A stretch of 64,000 nucleotides of DNA. Origin: Chrysomallon squamiferum. Its lineage: Eukaryota > Animalia > Mollusca. Shown piece by piece: positions 1-12,500 of this stretch (positions are counted from its first letter, which is position 1; each line of letters begins with the position of its first letter). Below the pieces are notes generated by a model. That model ran no database searches and had not been told where the DNA came from. It was given only the letters and a program-made list of their open reading frames with translations. The position numbers and the translations under genes were made by a program. Location: positions 13,826,001 to 13,890,000 of the forward strand of contig CM022677.1 in assembly GCA_012295275.1 (NCBI GenBank), in the 5' to 3' direction.

Positions 1-358
1 TTATTTCATAATAAAAAGTTTAGTTTAATATTCTTAGCATATGGTTTAACTAAATTGTCTATGTCTGATAGAGAAAGATTAGGATTATTTCCAATGTCCA
101 CGTTTTTCAAAGAAAGGAGTTTTCCATGGAAACTCAAACAGCTGGTTGGTTAAACAACTGGAGTTCAGTCTTAATTCCTGTAGAGAACTTGGAATCTGGA
201 ATATCTGAAAAAAATGAAAAACAGTATTAACTATATCTTAACTATCAGCAGAAAAAGAAAAAAAATTGAAAAAATATAATAATGAGAAATTTGTCAAATC
301 TAGATAGTTACAGAATGAAATACATGTTTGTATGTATATATATATACATATGAAAGAG

Positions 359-361
<3 letters not shown>

Positions 362-410
<49 letters not shown>
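362..410. repeat. (GA)n microsatellite
   Basis: Pure GA run. Confidence 0.95.
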
Positions 411-414
<4 letters not shown>

Positions 415-515
415 TATATATATATTTTACAAATCTAAATTTACCATCAACATTCAGATAAAAACTGAATACAAGATTAAGTGATCCCAGCTGGTAATAA
501 AAAACAAATAAAAAC

Positions 516-563
<48 letters not shown>
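516..563. repeat. (AAT)n microsatellite
   Basis: Pure AAT run. Confidence 0.95.
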
Positions 564-1192
564 TCACAATGTGCAGAATTTACATGATCAGAAAATAATC
601 TAATGTCAGTGATTAAAATAAGCATAGTATGCACAAAAATAATATTGAGCTAATTAATTCTGATTGGCTGATCTCTCTCTGAAGATTGGTTGGTTAATCA
701 TTCTGTGGTTTCATTGGTTAATCTCTATCTGTAAGTCTGATTGGTTAATCAGGCTGAATTCTGATTGACTAGTTACTGACACACCCACCTGATTGCTGCA
801 GTTATTAAGTTCTGTGAGAGAAGAGTTTTCTGTGACAGCAGTACACAAATCTTGTTACACTCATATTACACTGACTGACACATTCAGACAACAACAGACA
901 TCCTGGCTTCTGTTAATAAAAATAAATAATATTAATGAAATAAAACTAATATTAAAATTTTATATACAGACATAGAGAAATACAGATGATGACAGACATA
1001 TATTGTTAAAGATTATAAGAACGCATACACCCACACAAAACACTATTTCACCTATACATTAACACACACAAAAACACACAGAGAGAGAGATAGATGGATT
1101 CTGTTAATGCAGATACTGTTGATGTTGTTGTTATAATAACTAATGTAATTGTTTATCATCAACTACTACTACCGCATTTCACCATTATTTAC

Positions 1193-2075
1193 CAGATAAT
1201 CCATTACTAGACAGATCCAGTTCTGTGAGTCCACTGTTTAGTGAGAGCAGTTTTATCAGATAATCCATTACTAGACAGATCCAGTTCTGTGAGTCCAGTG
1301 TTTAGTGAGAGCAGTTTTATCAGATAATCCATTACTAGACAGATCTAGTTCTGTGAGTCCAGTGTTTAGTGAGACCAGTTTTATCAGATAATCCATTACT
1401 AGACAGACCTAGTTCTGTGAGTCCAGTGTTTAGCAAGAGCAGTTTTATCAGATAATCCATTACTAGACAGATCTAGTTCTGTGAGTCCAGTGTTTAGTGA
1501 GAGCAGTTTTATCAGATAATCCATTACTAGACAGATCTAGTTCTGTGAGTCCAGTGTTTAGCGAGAGCAGTTTTATCAGATAATCCATTACTAGACAGAT
1601 CTAGTTCTGTGAGTCCAGTGTTTAGCGAGAGCAGTTTTATCAGATAATCCATTACTAGACAGATCTAGTTCGGTGAGTCCAGTGTTTAGCGAGAGCAGTT
1701 TTATCAGATAATCCATTACTAGACAGATCTAGTTCTGTGAGTCCAGTGTTTAGTGAGAGCAGTTTTATCAGATAATCCATTACTAGACAGACCTAGTTCT
1801 GTGAGTCCAGTGTTTAGCAAGAGCAGTTTTATCAGATAATCCATTACTAGACAGACCTAGTTCTGTGAATCCACTGTTTAGTGAGAGCAGTTTTATCTGA
1901 TAATCTATTACTAGACAGACCTAGTTCTGTGAGTCCAGTGTTTAGCAAGAGCAGTTTTATCTGATAATCCATTACTAGACAGATCTAGTTCTGCGAGTCC
2001 AGTGTTTAGTGAGAGCAGTTTTATCAGATAATCCATTACTAGACAGATCTAGATCTGTGAGTCCAGTGTTTAGTG
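1193..2075 (-). repeat. 64-bp minisatellite (~13.8 units) derived from an LRR exon
   Basis: cagataatccattactagacaga... recurs at 1193, 1257, 1321 ... 2025 (period 64) with few substitutions. Confidence 0.95.
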
Positions 2076-5000
2076 ATCACCGTTGTGATGATCGAGCCCG
2101 ACATGGTGCAAGCCTGGAAGAGAAGCTGAGACGAATACTCAAGGACAGATTGTGCTTGCTGAGCGGAATTCAGAAACAAACCATACTGTACCATTTTGTT
2201 TATTCATTAGTCTTAGATTCTTATTTGTATTATTTGTATTTATTAAACAACATAGGGACAGGAGCCCTAGCTCCACAGAAAAAAACAAAGGTAACAGGAA
2301 ACAAAGAATGAGAAACAACAACACATCCCACCACACACATTCAGACTCGAAGGAAACAGAGGAACAAAAAATCATTAACAGAAACTTACACATATTGGCG
2401 AACCTACATGACACAGACACTGAAAACGATAGTGATGAAAATATTTGGGAAACAATAAAAAGGAAAAAACAAAACATATTGAACTCCATCGCGATCCACA
2501 AAAAACCCCACACAGACATCGAAAAAAACTTGCGATATTTGTTAGAAGTGCAAATACACATAATCGACAAAACAACTAAAATAAACAAAAATCAACATGG
2601 AAAAGACATATATTTCGAAATAGATACAAAATCATTACAAGCTGCCAAAACAAACACTCATTACACAACAACCTAAACAAACACTCATTACTCAACAACA
2701 ACAGCCAAAACAAACACTCATTACTCAACAACAGCCAAAACAAACACTCATTACACAACAACAACAGCCAAAACAAACACTCATTACACAACAACAGCCA
2801 AAACAAACACTCATTACACAACAACCTAAACAAACACTCATTACTCAACAACAACAGCCAAAACAAACACTCATTACTCAACAACAACAGCCAAAACAAA
2901 CACTCATTACAGAACAACAACAGCCAAAACAAACAGTCATTACACAACAACAGCCAAAACAAACACTCATTACACAACAACAGCCAAAACAAACACTCAT
3001 TACACAACAGCCAAAACAAACACTCATTACACAACAACAACAGCCAAAACAAACACTCATTACACAACAACAGCCAAAACAAACACTCATTACACAACAA
3101 CCTAAACAAACACTCATTACACAACAACCCAAACAAACAACAAAAACAAAGAAAACAACAACTCACAAATACATCTCCAAAGATTTGGTTTTTACTACCC
3201 ATATGCAGACAAGCATGATTTCTTTGAGATGAAATAATACAACAAACAAAAGCTAAATTAGTCGGTGTGGAAATGTGGAAAAATCCAAGCTACTGGACCA
3301 AGCTGATGTTTAGCAGCAAATTAACAAACACAACCATCACCATTGATGGGTTCAAATACACACTGAGAGAAATGAGGCATCATGACACTCGTCAAACAAG
3401 ACATTCCACACACCAAGCTGAACCAAGGCAAAGTCCACGACAACATAGAAATACTAAACATCACAGTACACAACAACAATCAAAACATCGACATAATTAA
3501 CATATACAGCCCACCCACTCCCACACTACACGCCATCCAAACCCACGACTTAACCAAAATGATAACAACAAACAACAAGCTCATTAAACTGGGTGATTTC
3601 AACTGTCACAACACCTTATGGGGTGGCTTGACAGACAACAGTCCTGGAAACGTCCTCGAAAATTTCATAGAGCAAAACCAGCTGATCTGTCTGAACGACG
3701 GAACATTCACATACACCAGCGACATCAGTGGTGGCCAAACTGCCATTGATCCAACATTCACAAGTAAGGACATCACAGTGCTTGTGAATGGCAAGTGCTG
3801 AATGAACTAAACAGCATCCATCACCAACTACAACAGCAAGAACACTTTCTCCGACAGATACATTTTCAAAACCAAATGGAACTTCAAGAAAGCGGACTGG
3901 GAAGGCTTCTACAAAGCATGCAGAAACATTACCACACAGAACTCCAACGACATCAACACCTACTGCACATCACTAACCAACATGATACACTCCCATGCCA
4001 ACAAATTCATACCCAACACCAGACGATGCACCGGCAAAATATCCACTGCCTGGTGGACGGAACGCATAGAAAAGAAATGCAAAGAGAGAAACAAATTCAG
4101 AAGACAATACAAAAAACGACAGAAATCATTCCACAGACAAAAATACAAAATAGCAAAAAAAGAAGTTTCCAACCTAATTCTCAGTGCAAAACAAGAACAC
4201 TGGGAACTCTTTTGCAACAACATCGACCTCAAAACATCAGTCAAAGACACGTGGGCCAAAGTGAAAAACATCCAAGGAAAATTCCCCACAGAATCAAGCA
4301 AAAACAACATCGCATTCACAGACAAACAAAAAGCAGACTTACTCAGTCAAACCTTCGCCAAGTCCAGTAGCAATTCAAACTTCCCACTGAAATTCACAAA
4401 AAGACCACTGCACAACCTAAAGATCGGCGAACTTTATGCAGATACAGAACACATGTAATACAATCAACTCAATATCATTGAATTAAAACATGCCCTCAAA
4501 AACAAGAAAAGTACAGCCACGAGGCCAGATAAAATAAGCTACACAATACTACAACACCTACCAGATGAAACACTACTCATCTTACTTGACCTCTACAACA
4601 CAATATGCACAACAGGTAAGATTCCCACAAACTGGAAACATGCCGAATGTTTCAGCTTGTCCAAACCACACAAAGATCACTCACTACCCAACAGCTACAG
4701 ACCGATCACGCTGACGTCACACGTGTGCAAAACACTGGAAATGATGATCAACACACACCTGAGCCAGCATCTAAACAACAACAATTTAATCAGCAAATAT
4801 CAAAGTGGCTTCAAGAAGAAACACAGCACAAACAACCAGATCACCTGTCTGCAAATATCAATCAAGCAATCTTTTAGAAAATCAATAAAAGTCATTGCAG
4901 TATTCCTAGACATTGAAAAAGCATTCGACATGGTATGGAGGGAAGGACTGCTCGTCAAATTAATCAACAACAACAACATCAAAGGCAACATGTTCAACTT

Positions 5001-6300
5001 CGTTAAAGACTTCATCAACAACAGATCCGTAGCAGTCAAAGTGAACAGTCACACCTCCAAGAAAATGACAGTCGACAACGGCATCCCACAAGGATCCATA
5101 ATCTTGCCAACAATCTTCAACATCTACATCAACGACATCGTCACAGCACCTGACAAACAACGCCAAAAATCCACCAACTGAATCAATAAACACAGCACTC
5201 TTTGCAGATCTAAACAACATACACGACTGGGCATAAAGATTTCTCTTTGAAAAATGACATGTCTCCTTTTCAACAAAAACCCAGATAACAACAAAATCAC
5301 ACTAAACATTAACAACAATGTCATAACACAAACCAAAACAATCAAATTTCTAGCCAACATTCAACAGCCAACTCAGCTTCGGATGCCACATACACAACAT
5401 AATTGCATCCTGCAAAAAAAATACTCAATCTTCTAAAGTTAATTTCCAGAACCAGATAGGGAGCAAACAAGTCAATGGTAATTTTGATATACAAAGCATG
5501 TATTCTCTCCAGACTCGACTACGGAGCCATGGCTTACTCGAATGCTCCCGAACACTCTTTAAAAAAACTAGATGTAATTCAGTCCAGCGCCCTCAGAGTG
5601 ATCGGCCACCTGCCAAACACAACACTACCCGACAGCATCCAACCACAGAAATACAGAAGAAAGCTGCAGATACTGAAATTCAACCACAAAATACACACCC
5701 TCAACGCAGACCACCCCGTCAAGGATCTGGTCCCCGACCAACAAAGAATAGGACAACCCTTCAAATGACAACAGCCAGCAAAATCGAAAGGGAAACAGGA
5801 ATAGGGGAAATGCCACTGCTGGCATACGACAAAGAAGCAAAACCAGCAATAAACACACCTTTCCTAATTAAAACAGAAACAGACAAACAAGCCATATTTC
5901 TAGCAGCAGCCAACGACCACTACAAACAACACACGCACATCTACACCAATGGATCGAAAAACACAAACAACGGGAGAGTAGGATTCGCCTTCATAGCCCA
6001 AGATCACATAAACAAACCCACATGCATACAATTCGGCTGTATCAGAAATCACCTTTCAGCATACACAGCCGAACTGGTCACCATCATCAGAGCCATGCTG
6101 TGGGTGAAACACAACAGTCATATTCTCAGACAGCCTAAGTTCCGTCATCTCAATACAATCCGGACATTCCAGCAGACCAGACCTACTCTGCAGAATACAA
6201 CATCTACACGAGGACACATACAACACAACAACAAACAACTAATCATCAAGTGGCTCCAGCACATCAGCATCATCGGCAATGAACTTGCCGACCATTTTTG
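2076..6300 (+). mobile_element. Decayed non-LTR retrotransposon (LINE) with ORF1 remnant, AP endonuclease, RT and RNase H; I-group-like
   Basis: APE motifs NIYSPP, LGDFNCHNTLWG, CLNDGTFTY, AIDPTF (3382-3801). RT motifs SYRPITLTSHVCKTLE, QSGFK, FLDIEKAFDMV, GIPQGS..PTIFNIYIND (4657-5181). RNase H motifs IYTNGSK, SAYTAEL, IIGNELAD (~5930-6295). A/C-rich sense strand. Many frameshifts and stops, and the YADD region is deleted. Confidence 0.92.
2645..3140. repeat. 27/30/33-bp minisatellite (aaacaaacactcattacacaacaacagcca, ~16 units) inside LINE ORF1
   Basis: Tandem units differing by CAA triplets. This explains the antisense 208-aa (WLLLCNECLF)n ORF. Confidence 0.9.
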
Positions 6301-6349
6301 TAATTGTTCATTACAGAGAACAAAATAAAGAGAATTCTACCATTTTAAG

Positions 6350-6500
6350 TAACTCTGTGAAATAAATATTGCCATCAAATTATTAATAGTGGCTCTTGTC
6401 TTATAACTTATAGAAAAAAAAGATCACCATATAATATTTTAACATTCCAGTCACCCAAAAGGAACTTTGGTAGCATTTGGCGATTGGCCATTACAAGACA
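6350..6500 (-). mobile_element. Old fragment of the TIR element family found at 61206-62166
   Basis: aacattccagtcacccaaaaggaactttggtagcatttgg...tggccatt matches the reverse complement of 61218-61290. attattaatagtggctcttgt matches ~62056-62077. Confidence 0.6.
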
Positions 6501-6579
6501 TGCATTCATATGTAATTTACATGTGTACTTAAACACATTACTATTATTTATTATTATAAAACATATTGATACCACTTAC

Positions 6580-9500
6580 TTCAGAACAGTTCTCTGTTTT
6601 ATTGACTTCCTCTGACTGGCTAGTAAGAGTATCTGAAGAATTTGTCATCTTCAGGTCTTTTTTGTCATAATCGTCTACAAAACCAGAAAGAGATTTATTT
6701 TCAGCTTGCACAATTAAATTTGCAAAACAAGATTACATTTTAGCAATTTTGAAATTAAAGCTGGATTAGCCACAATAAACTCAAAATGGTTTCCAGCTTA
6801 CAGTTTGTTTTATCTGTATTCACTGAGTACATTTCTATTTTATTTCCTCTTTCATCTTGAACTTCTACAATGATCTAGCAGACTGTTTTGGCAATACTCC
6901 TTGCTACTAACAATTATTTATAATCAGCCTAACATTGTGACAGGAATATATCTCATAGAGAAAAAACAAAACAAATTCATAAATAAAAATTAAAGAAAGA
7001 CATTTAATCCCAAATCTAAACTAATTACTTCTGCTAGTTAGATTCTTCAATAAAATGAAAGTCACATCTATAGCTGATGGATGCTATTAATTTAAATGTT
7101 ATGATATACATGCAGAGAAGTTTCAAATGCCAGTATTTTAAAAAATAAATATATATTTAAATAAAATATCAAAAATAAATTAAAAATTAAATATAAATAA
7201 AAAGATACAAAGATAAAAGAGATAATAGTAAAGGAATGATAAAATAAAATTCTCAAATTTATAGTGAAATAAATCAACATTTAAATAAAAATCATTGATT
7301 TAAAAAACCTGAAAGATCAACTTCAAAAAATGAAAAAAGAAGGCAAATTTTAAGTAATAGAAAATCAAAACATCTGCCTAAAAATAGTAATTTTAAACTT
7401 TTATTTGCAGTTGTAAAATTACTTAAAGTAAAACATAACAAATAATGCATTTTCTAATAACCTAACAAAATGAACAAGTATTATAACCAAACTGATTAAA
7501 ACAAAAAAACAGAAGAGTTCAAAAATTCATAAATTATTTATATTTTAGTTACAATGAAAATAAATTTCAACTTTACAAACAAACAAAAATACAAAACACA
7601 AAATTGATAATACTCTGTCAAAATGTGCCTGTTTGTAAGGCCTGAAAAATATTAATTTATTAATAAGTATCATTTCTATGAAATCTATGGAAAAATAAAT
7701 AAATATATTCAAATTAGCTAATCTGAAATATATTGTATTTGATATATTTATCTAAGTATATAAACATAAAACCACTTCCAGTAAGATATAACTTGGAATT
7801 AATCAAACAATTGCATTTTCTTTGACATATTATTATAAAATTAATTTATTGTGAAAACTAAAATGTAAGTAAATATGACAAAGTAATATTTATTTCCCTA
7901 TGTTTCCCATCAATGCAACAACTATCTCACAGCAGTGGAACTAACCTTAAACCTGTAGAGTCACAAAGATCAACATTAAAATACTACACAAAGTTTCTAC
8001 ACCAATATTTGCTACTCCTGGAATAACCATTAAATAATTATAGAAACACTATTAAGACCTGTAACTATGAAGTTGTTTATATTTTAAAATGAAGACAAAC
8101 ATTAAAGAAAGAAAGAAAAAAGAAACAAGAAAAAGTATTTTTTGCGTATTTGAAGTCATGTTAAAAAAGCTTCTTAAGTTAATTTTTTAATTTCTATTTT
8201 ACATTATAAACTTTCCAGACAATATAAACTTTCACAACTGTTTAAGAAAATTGTGTAAAATCTTTATTAACTGGAAATTTATCTAACTCCAAAAACTGGC
8301 ATTATAATGGTGGCAAATAAATCAGGAAATAAAAATAAAAATTAGTAAAACAATAATAGAGATAAAATAATAATAATAATAATAATAAAGAAAAAGTAAA
8401 AGAAAAATTGAACAAAAAAACAACAACAAAAAACCCCAAAACAAAACGAAGAAAGAAATAGAAAGAACACTTAGCTACCTTGTCAAAGTATCTGAAATTG
8501 TGATGTTTATTAGGTGTGAAATGCTGCTGTTGTCACCTTGACCATCACAGTGATCAGTGTCCTCCTCGATCAAGGTTGATAATTTTATTGATTCTGTGAA
8601 AATGTAAGTTTTATGTTATTTAAGTGTGTGCCTAGAAAAATAAATGACTTAGGAAAACAAAAAAGGGAACAGATGCAGAAAAAGAATATCAATTTTAAGG
8701 ATTACATTCTGTTAGAAATATAAAAATACAACAACATTTAGTGCAAAACTACTTAAAATTCTATAAATAAAAATAAGAGGAATTTTGAAGACCAAATTAT
8801 TCCTAGGAAAAACATACTTAAAATAACCAATAAAATTCCATTTTAATTAACACACTGTACTACTCTGCATTTGAAACTAAATTATACCTTAAAATTAACA
8901 TTATCTAAATTTAAAGGCTTAAAGTCTTACCTGCTGTCTTACTCTGGTATTTATTATTTGCTACCGCAGCTTTAAAACTGTAGCGTCTTATGCCAGAAGA
9001 TGAATCTGTTTCTTCTTTGTCACCACAGTTCAAGTGCTGCTCCCTTGTCTCATATCTTGAACAGTGCTTTGATGATAGCTTGTGTGTATTCTATTGTGTT
9101 GAACTGCTGCAGGTAGTAAGGTTTGCATTATGATCCAGTCCAGACTGACACCTCTGATAGGCAGGACAGGGTACAGTATGGCGGAAGCTTACTGACATCA
9201 GACACTGACTGATTCAAGTCAAATGAATGGTGGTTTAAGCTTTTTCACTTTTTCTTGATCTTGGATAATTTCTGTCACCTGAAATTAACATTAAAAGATT
9301 AATGTTTATTAGCCACAGGTTTCTGGTGTTAAAATATGTTAACTCGAGACATTTTTCATTATGAATTTTCTTCTATTTGTCAACAAAGCTATCAATCTGT
9401 AATGGCAACAGTGAAAACAATGTACTTTATGTATCTATAATTATGATAATTTACAAAGAATTCAAATTTAAAAACAAATTTCATTAAAGTATATATGAAT

Positions 9501-12500
9501 GGGTTGGAATGACTTAGGAACTACTTTAAATCAAGTTTTCATCAATATGCTTTTATGTGACTGGGTAAATGTTAATTGATTTGATTCTGTTTTATTTTCC
9601 CTCTCACTAAGTATATAACAATTTTATTTACCAAAACAGGTGAACTGGGGATACATGTTGGTGGGTGGTGTTGCCTGAACATCCCTCCTAACTCCAGAGA
9701 CATCAGCTTTCCTTCCTGTATAAATAAAATTTCAAAATATAATAAAATAAACATATCATATAGAAATTAATAACAAACATGTGTTACACAGATAAATAAA
9801 AAATGAAACAATATAAAACACCTGCTCAAAACATTATTTATGAATATATACAAGTCTTCAAGTTCAAACTCATGTAAATAATGCTTCAACATAAATATAA
9901 TAATTATGCCTTCTTGTAAAGTGGTAACAATCATTAAACACAAATAGAAAAATTATCTTAAAGATCTACTAACATCAATCTAATTTAATCTGAATGAAAA
10001 ACAAACATTTTACACTTTTTAAAACATAATTTAGGAATTTTTTGTTAATCTAAACTGTTTATATTATTTCTGATCAGACTGAAATTATGGCAGATAAATT
10101 ATCAAACCAAAATTTGTGTGTTTTTATTTTTAAGATACTGATGTATGATGGAAGAATGAATGCGTCCATTAAGTTCAAGAACAAATACATATTAGAATTG
10201 AACTAACTTCTAATTCAGAACATATTTCCTTCTGTCTCTCCAGTGTTTCTTGCAGCTGGCAGATGTCACTAATTTTTCAAAAGATTACCATATTTAGAAA
10301 AAAATGAGGTTTAATAAAAACAATAACAGCATTTCTTAAACAAAATCTAAACAAATTATTTACATTCTGTTTCTAATATATATTATTCTAATGAAAAAAC
10401 TAGGAAAAGTATTTTATAAAAATATTTCTAAGGATTTGTTAGTTTAACCAACTGTAAATACCATTAACAAAGTCTAGCTTAGACACAGAACTACTTAAAT
10501 AATAAAATAAAATAAAATAAATATTCACACATTCAGCGTTACAGTATTTTTCACCAAGTTCTTTACTGGCTCTGAAAAACATAGAACAGAAAAATATGTT
10601 TTTATTAATATTTCATAAAACCATACTAAACTTGTATTTATATATGTCACTGATTATGATGTAACAACAATAATGTATACAGTTCCTTATTTGCCTAGTG
10701 GCAGACAGAACAAAACCTGACAATTCAAAACCAAAGCATATTTAGATATATTTTTTCTGTAATCATTTCTCTTTTTTCCCAAAGTAAACCTGTTTTACCA
10801 AAATAAGTTTTTATTTGTGAGGCTTACTGCTGAAAAGTGAAAAATAAAAAAACAGACTCATTTATTAATAGTTTTGGGACAAAAATATTTTCTGCATACT
10901 GGTGTTAGAGAATAAGCTGACAGACACAAGTAGCAAGGAATCTTTTGTATGCACCTTTACATGGAGACAAAACACCATACACCTGTAGGCCAGTTACACC
11001 AAGCCTGCACTCAAACCACTGATATGTTTTCTGTTCCTTTAATTCATGTACAATTAATATGTCATGGATTCACATTTATTTTCTACATCTCTGAAATAAT
11101 CTCAGCATGTCTGTGGAAGATTACTTTCAAAAATGAGACGCACAGTTTGTTTGCTGAATGATAAAACTGTGGCATGACAGGCTAATACCGACAAATAAAA
11201 GATGCATCTTAGATCAAGAGAAACAAAAATTAATCATTCTGAAGAAGATACAACAACTCATGTACTTTAAAGGTATATTATGATCACAGCTTAACCATTA
11301 TAGAACTGTCGGGCACATGTAAAAGACTCAGTCAAAATGTATTGGAATATTACATTTGAATTTTGGTGCCAGCCAAAACAAATGCTAAAGACATTAATGA
11401 TATAAGGCAAGTTATAAATATAAAGATACTAACCTTGTTAAATTTTCAATACTGCAACAGTTTGCTTTCAGTTTGCAAATCTTTTATTTCTTTTCTTTTT
11501 TCTGCGAGTCCTTGAGAACTTTCCACAAGCTGACCTCTCAGTTGCTCAGTCTGAAAATTAAAATCATTATTGCAAAGTTATTATTGAAGAAAACAAAGTA
11601 TCAAATATATATCATAAACATGTTATTTACTGCTCCAGACTTTTTCTGCTGAATCAGTCCTACTTTTTATCATTATTATTCTTTTTATTTATTTAATTTT
11701 TTCTATATCTTATAAATGCTGAAAGTAATTTATTCTATGATCCAGTATGTGAATAAATTAAGTTAGATATTTTTCAATGTCAGTTGAAAAAATAAACTCT
11801 ATTCACCATTTACACAAATGAAATAAAGATACTTCACAAACATTTTCTTTTCTGGAAGCTTCATAATAATTTCAGTCTGTGAGCTTTCCATCTCATTTGC
11901 AAAATCACCTTCTTGACTGAAAGAAACAAAACAAAGATTTCAGATTTAAAATACAGGTACAGTATATGTTGCACAACTGAAAATATTACATTGGAAACAT
12001 AAAAATAACAAATATGAAATAAATAATTATTAAGTTCAGTGGTCATTTTCTTTATTTTCATTAACTTATCAAGCCATTTCATAACTTCAAATAAAATAAT
12101 TTTGTTCAAGGTAAACATCACATAGCAAGAACAGAAAAAAAATATTATAGTTTTAAAAAAAAGAAGATAAAAACTGAAAATTATTTTAGAAATGACTCAC
12201 CAATATCAGTGTCCTGGAAATACTCAGAGTGGGGATCTGAAACTAATCCATAATCCATATTCTCTGACAGGAACAGGATATCATCCCTGTGATTTCCACT
12301 GAACACTAATAACAAGAATTAGTGAAATAAATTCAAAATATCTGTTTATTGTTTATTGTTGAGATACATTATTCTGTGATATAACAATAAGTGTGTATAT
12401 GTGTGTCTTTTGGGTGATTTTTTTTCTGTTCATTAAGCAATTACCTTGTGACATTGTTAAGGTCTAGAATCCATGTTTTGATGACTTTCTTGTAAAAGTT

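Larger units (their letters stand above)
45..2075 (-). pseudogene. 3' part of a spliced RI-like/NLRC3-type leucine-rich repeat gene (copy A), truncated at its 5' side by a LINE
   Basis: Minus-strand exon-like blocks with LRR motifs: the 64-bp array unit (NTGLTELDLSSNGLSD); 789-909 (ag|...DLCTAVTENSSLTELN..SNQ|gtgggt); a possible 46-bp exon at 445-490 (LGSLNL..); ~45-204 (SSLQELRLNSS...KNVDIGNNPNLS). The ~770-1190 segment is the reverse-complement homolog of ~25740-26200. Frameshifts are present. Confidence 0.75.

Noticed and set aside
1193-2075. CRISPR-like regular array
   Set aside because: Head-to-tail near-identical 64-bp units with no unique spacers, no cas genes, and a eukaryotic context.
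2576-3202. 208-aa Cys/Leu-rich ORF and 84-aa Cys-rich (metallothionein/keratin-like) ORF
   Set aside because: Antisense translations of the 27-33-bp minisatellite inside the LINE.
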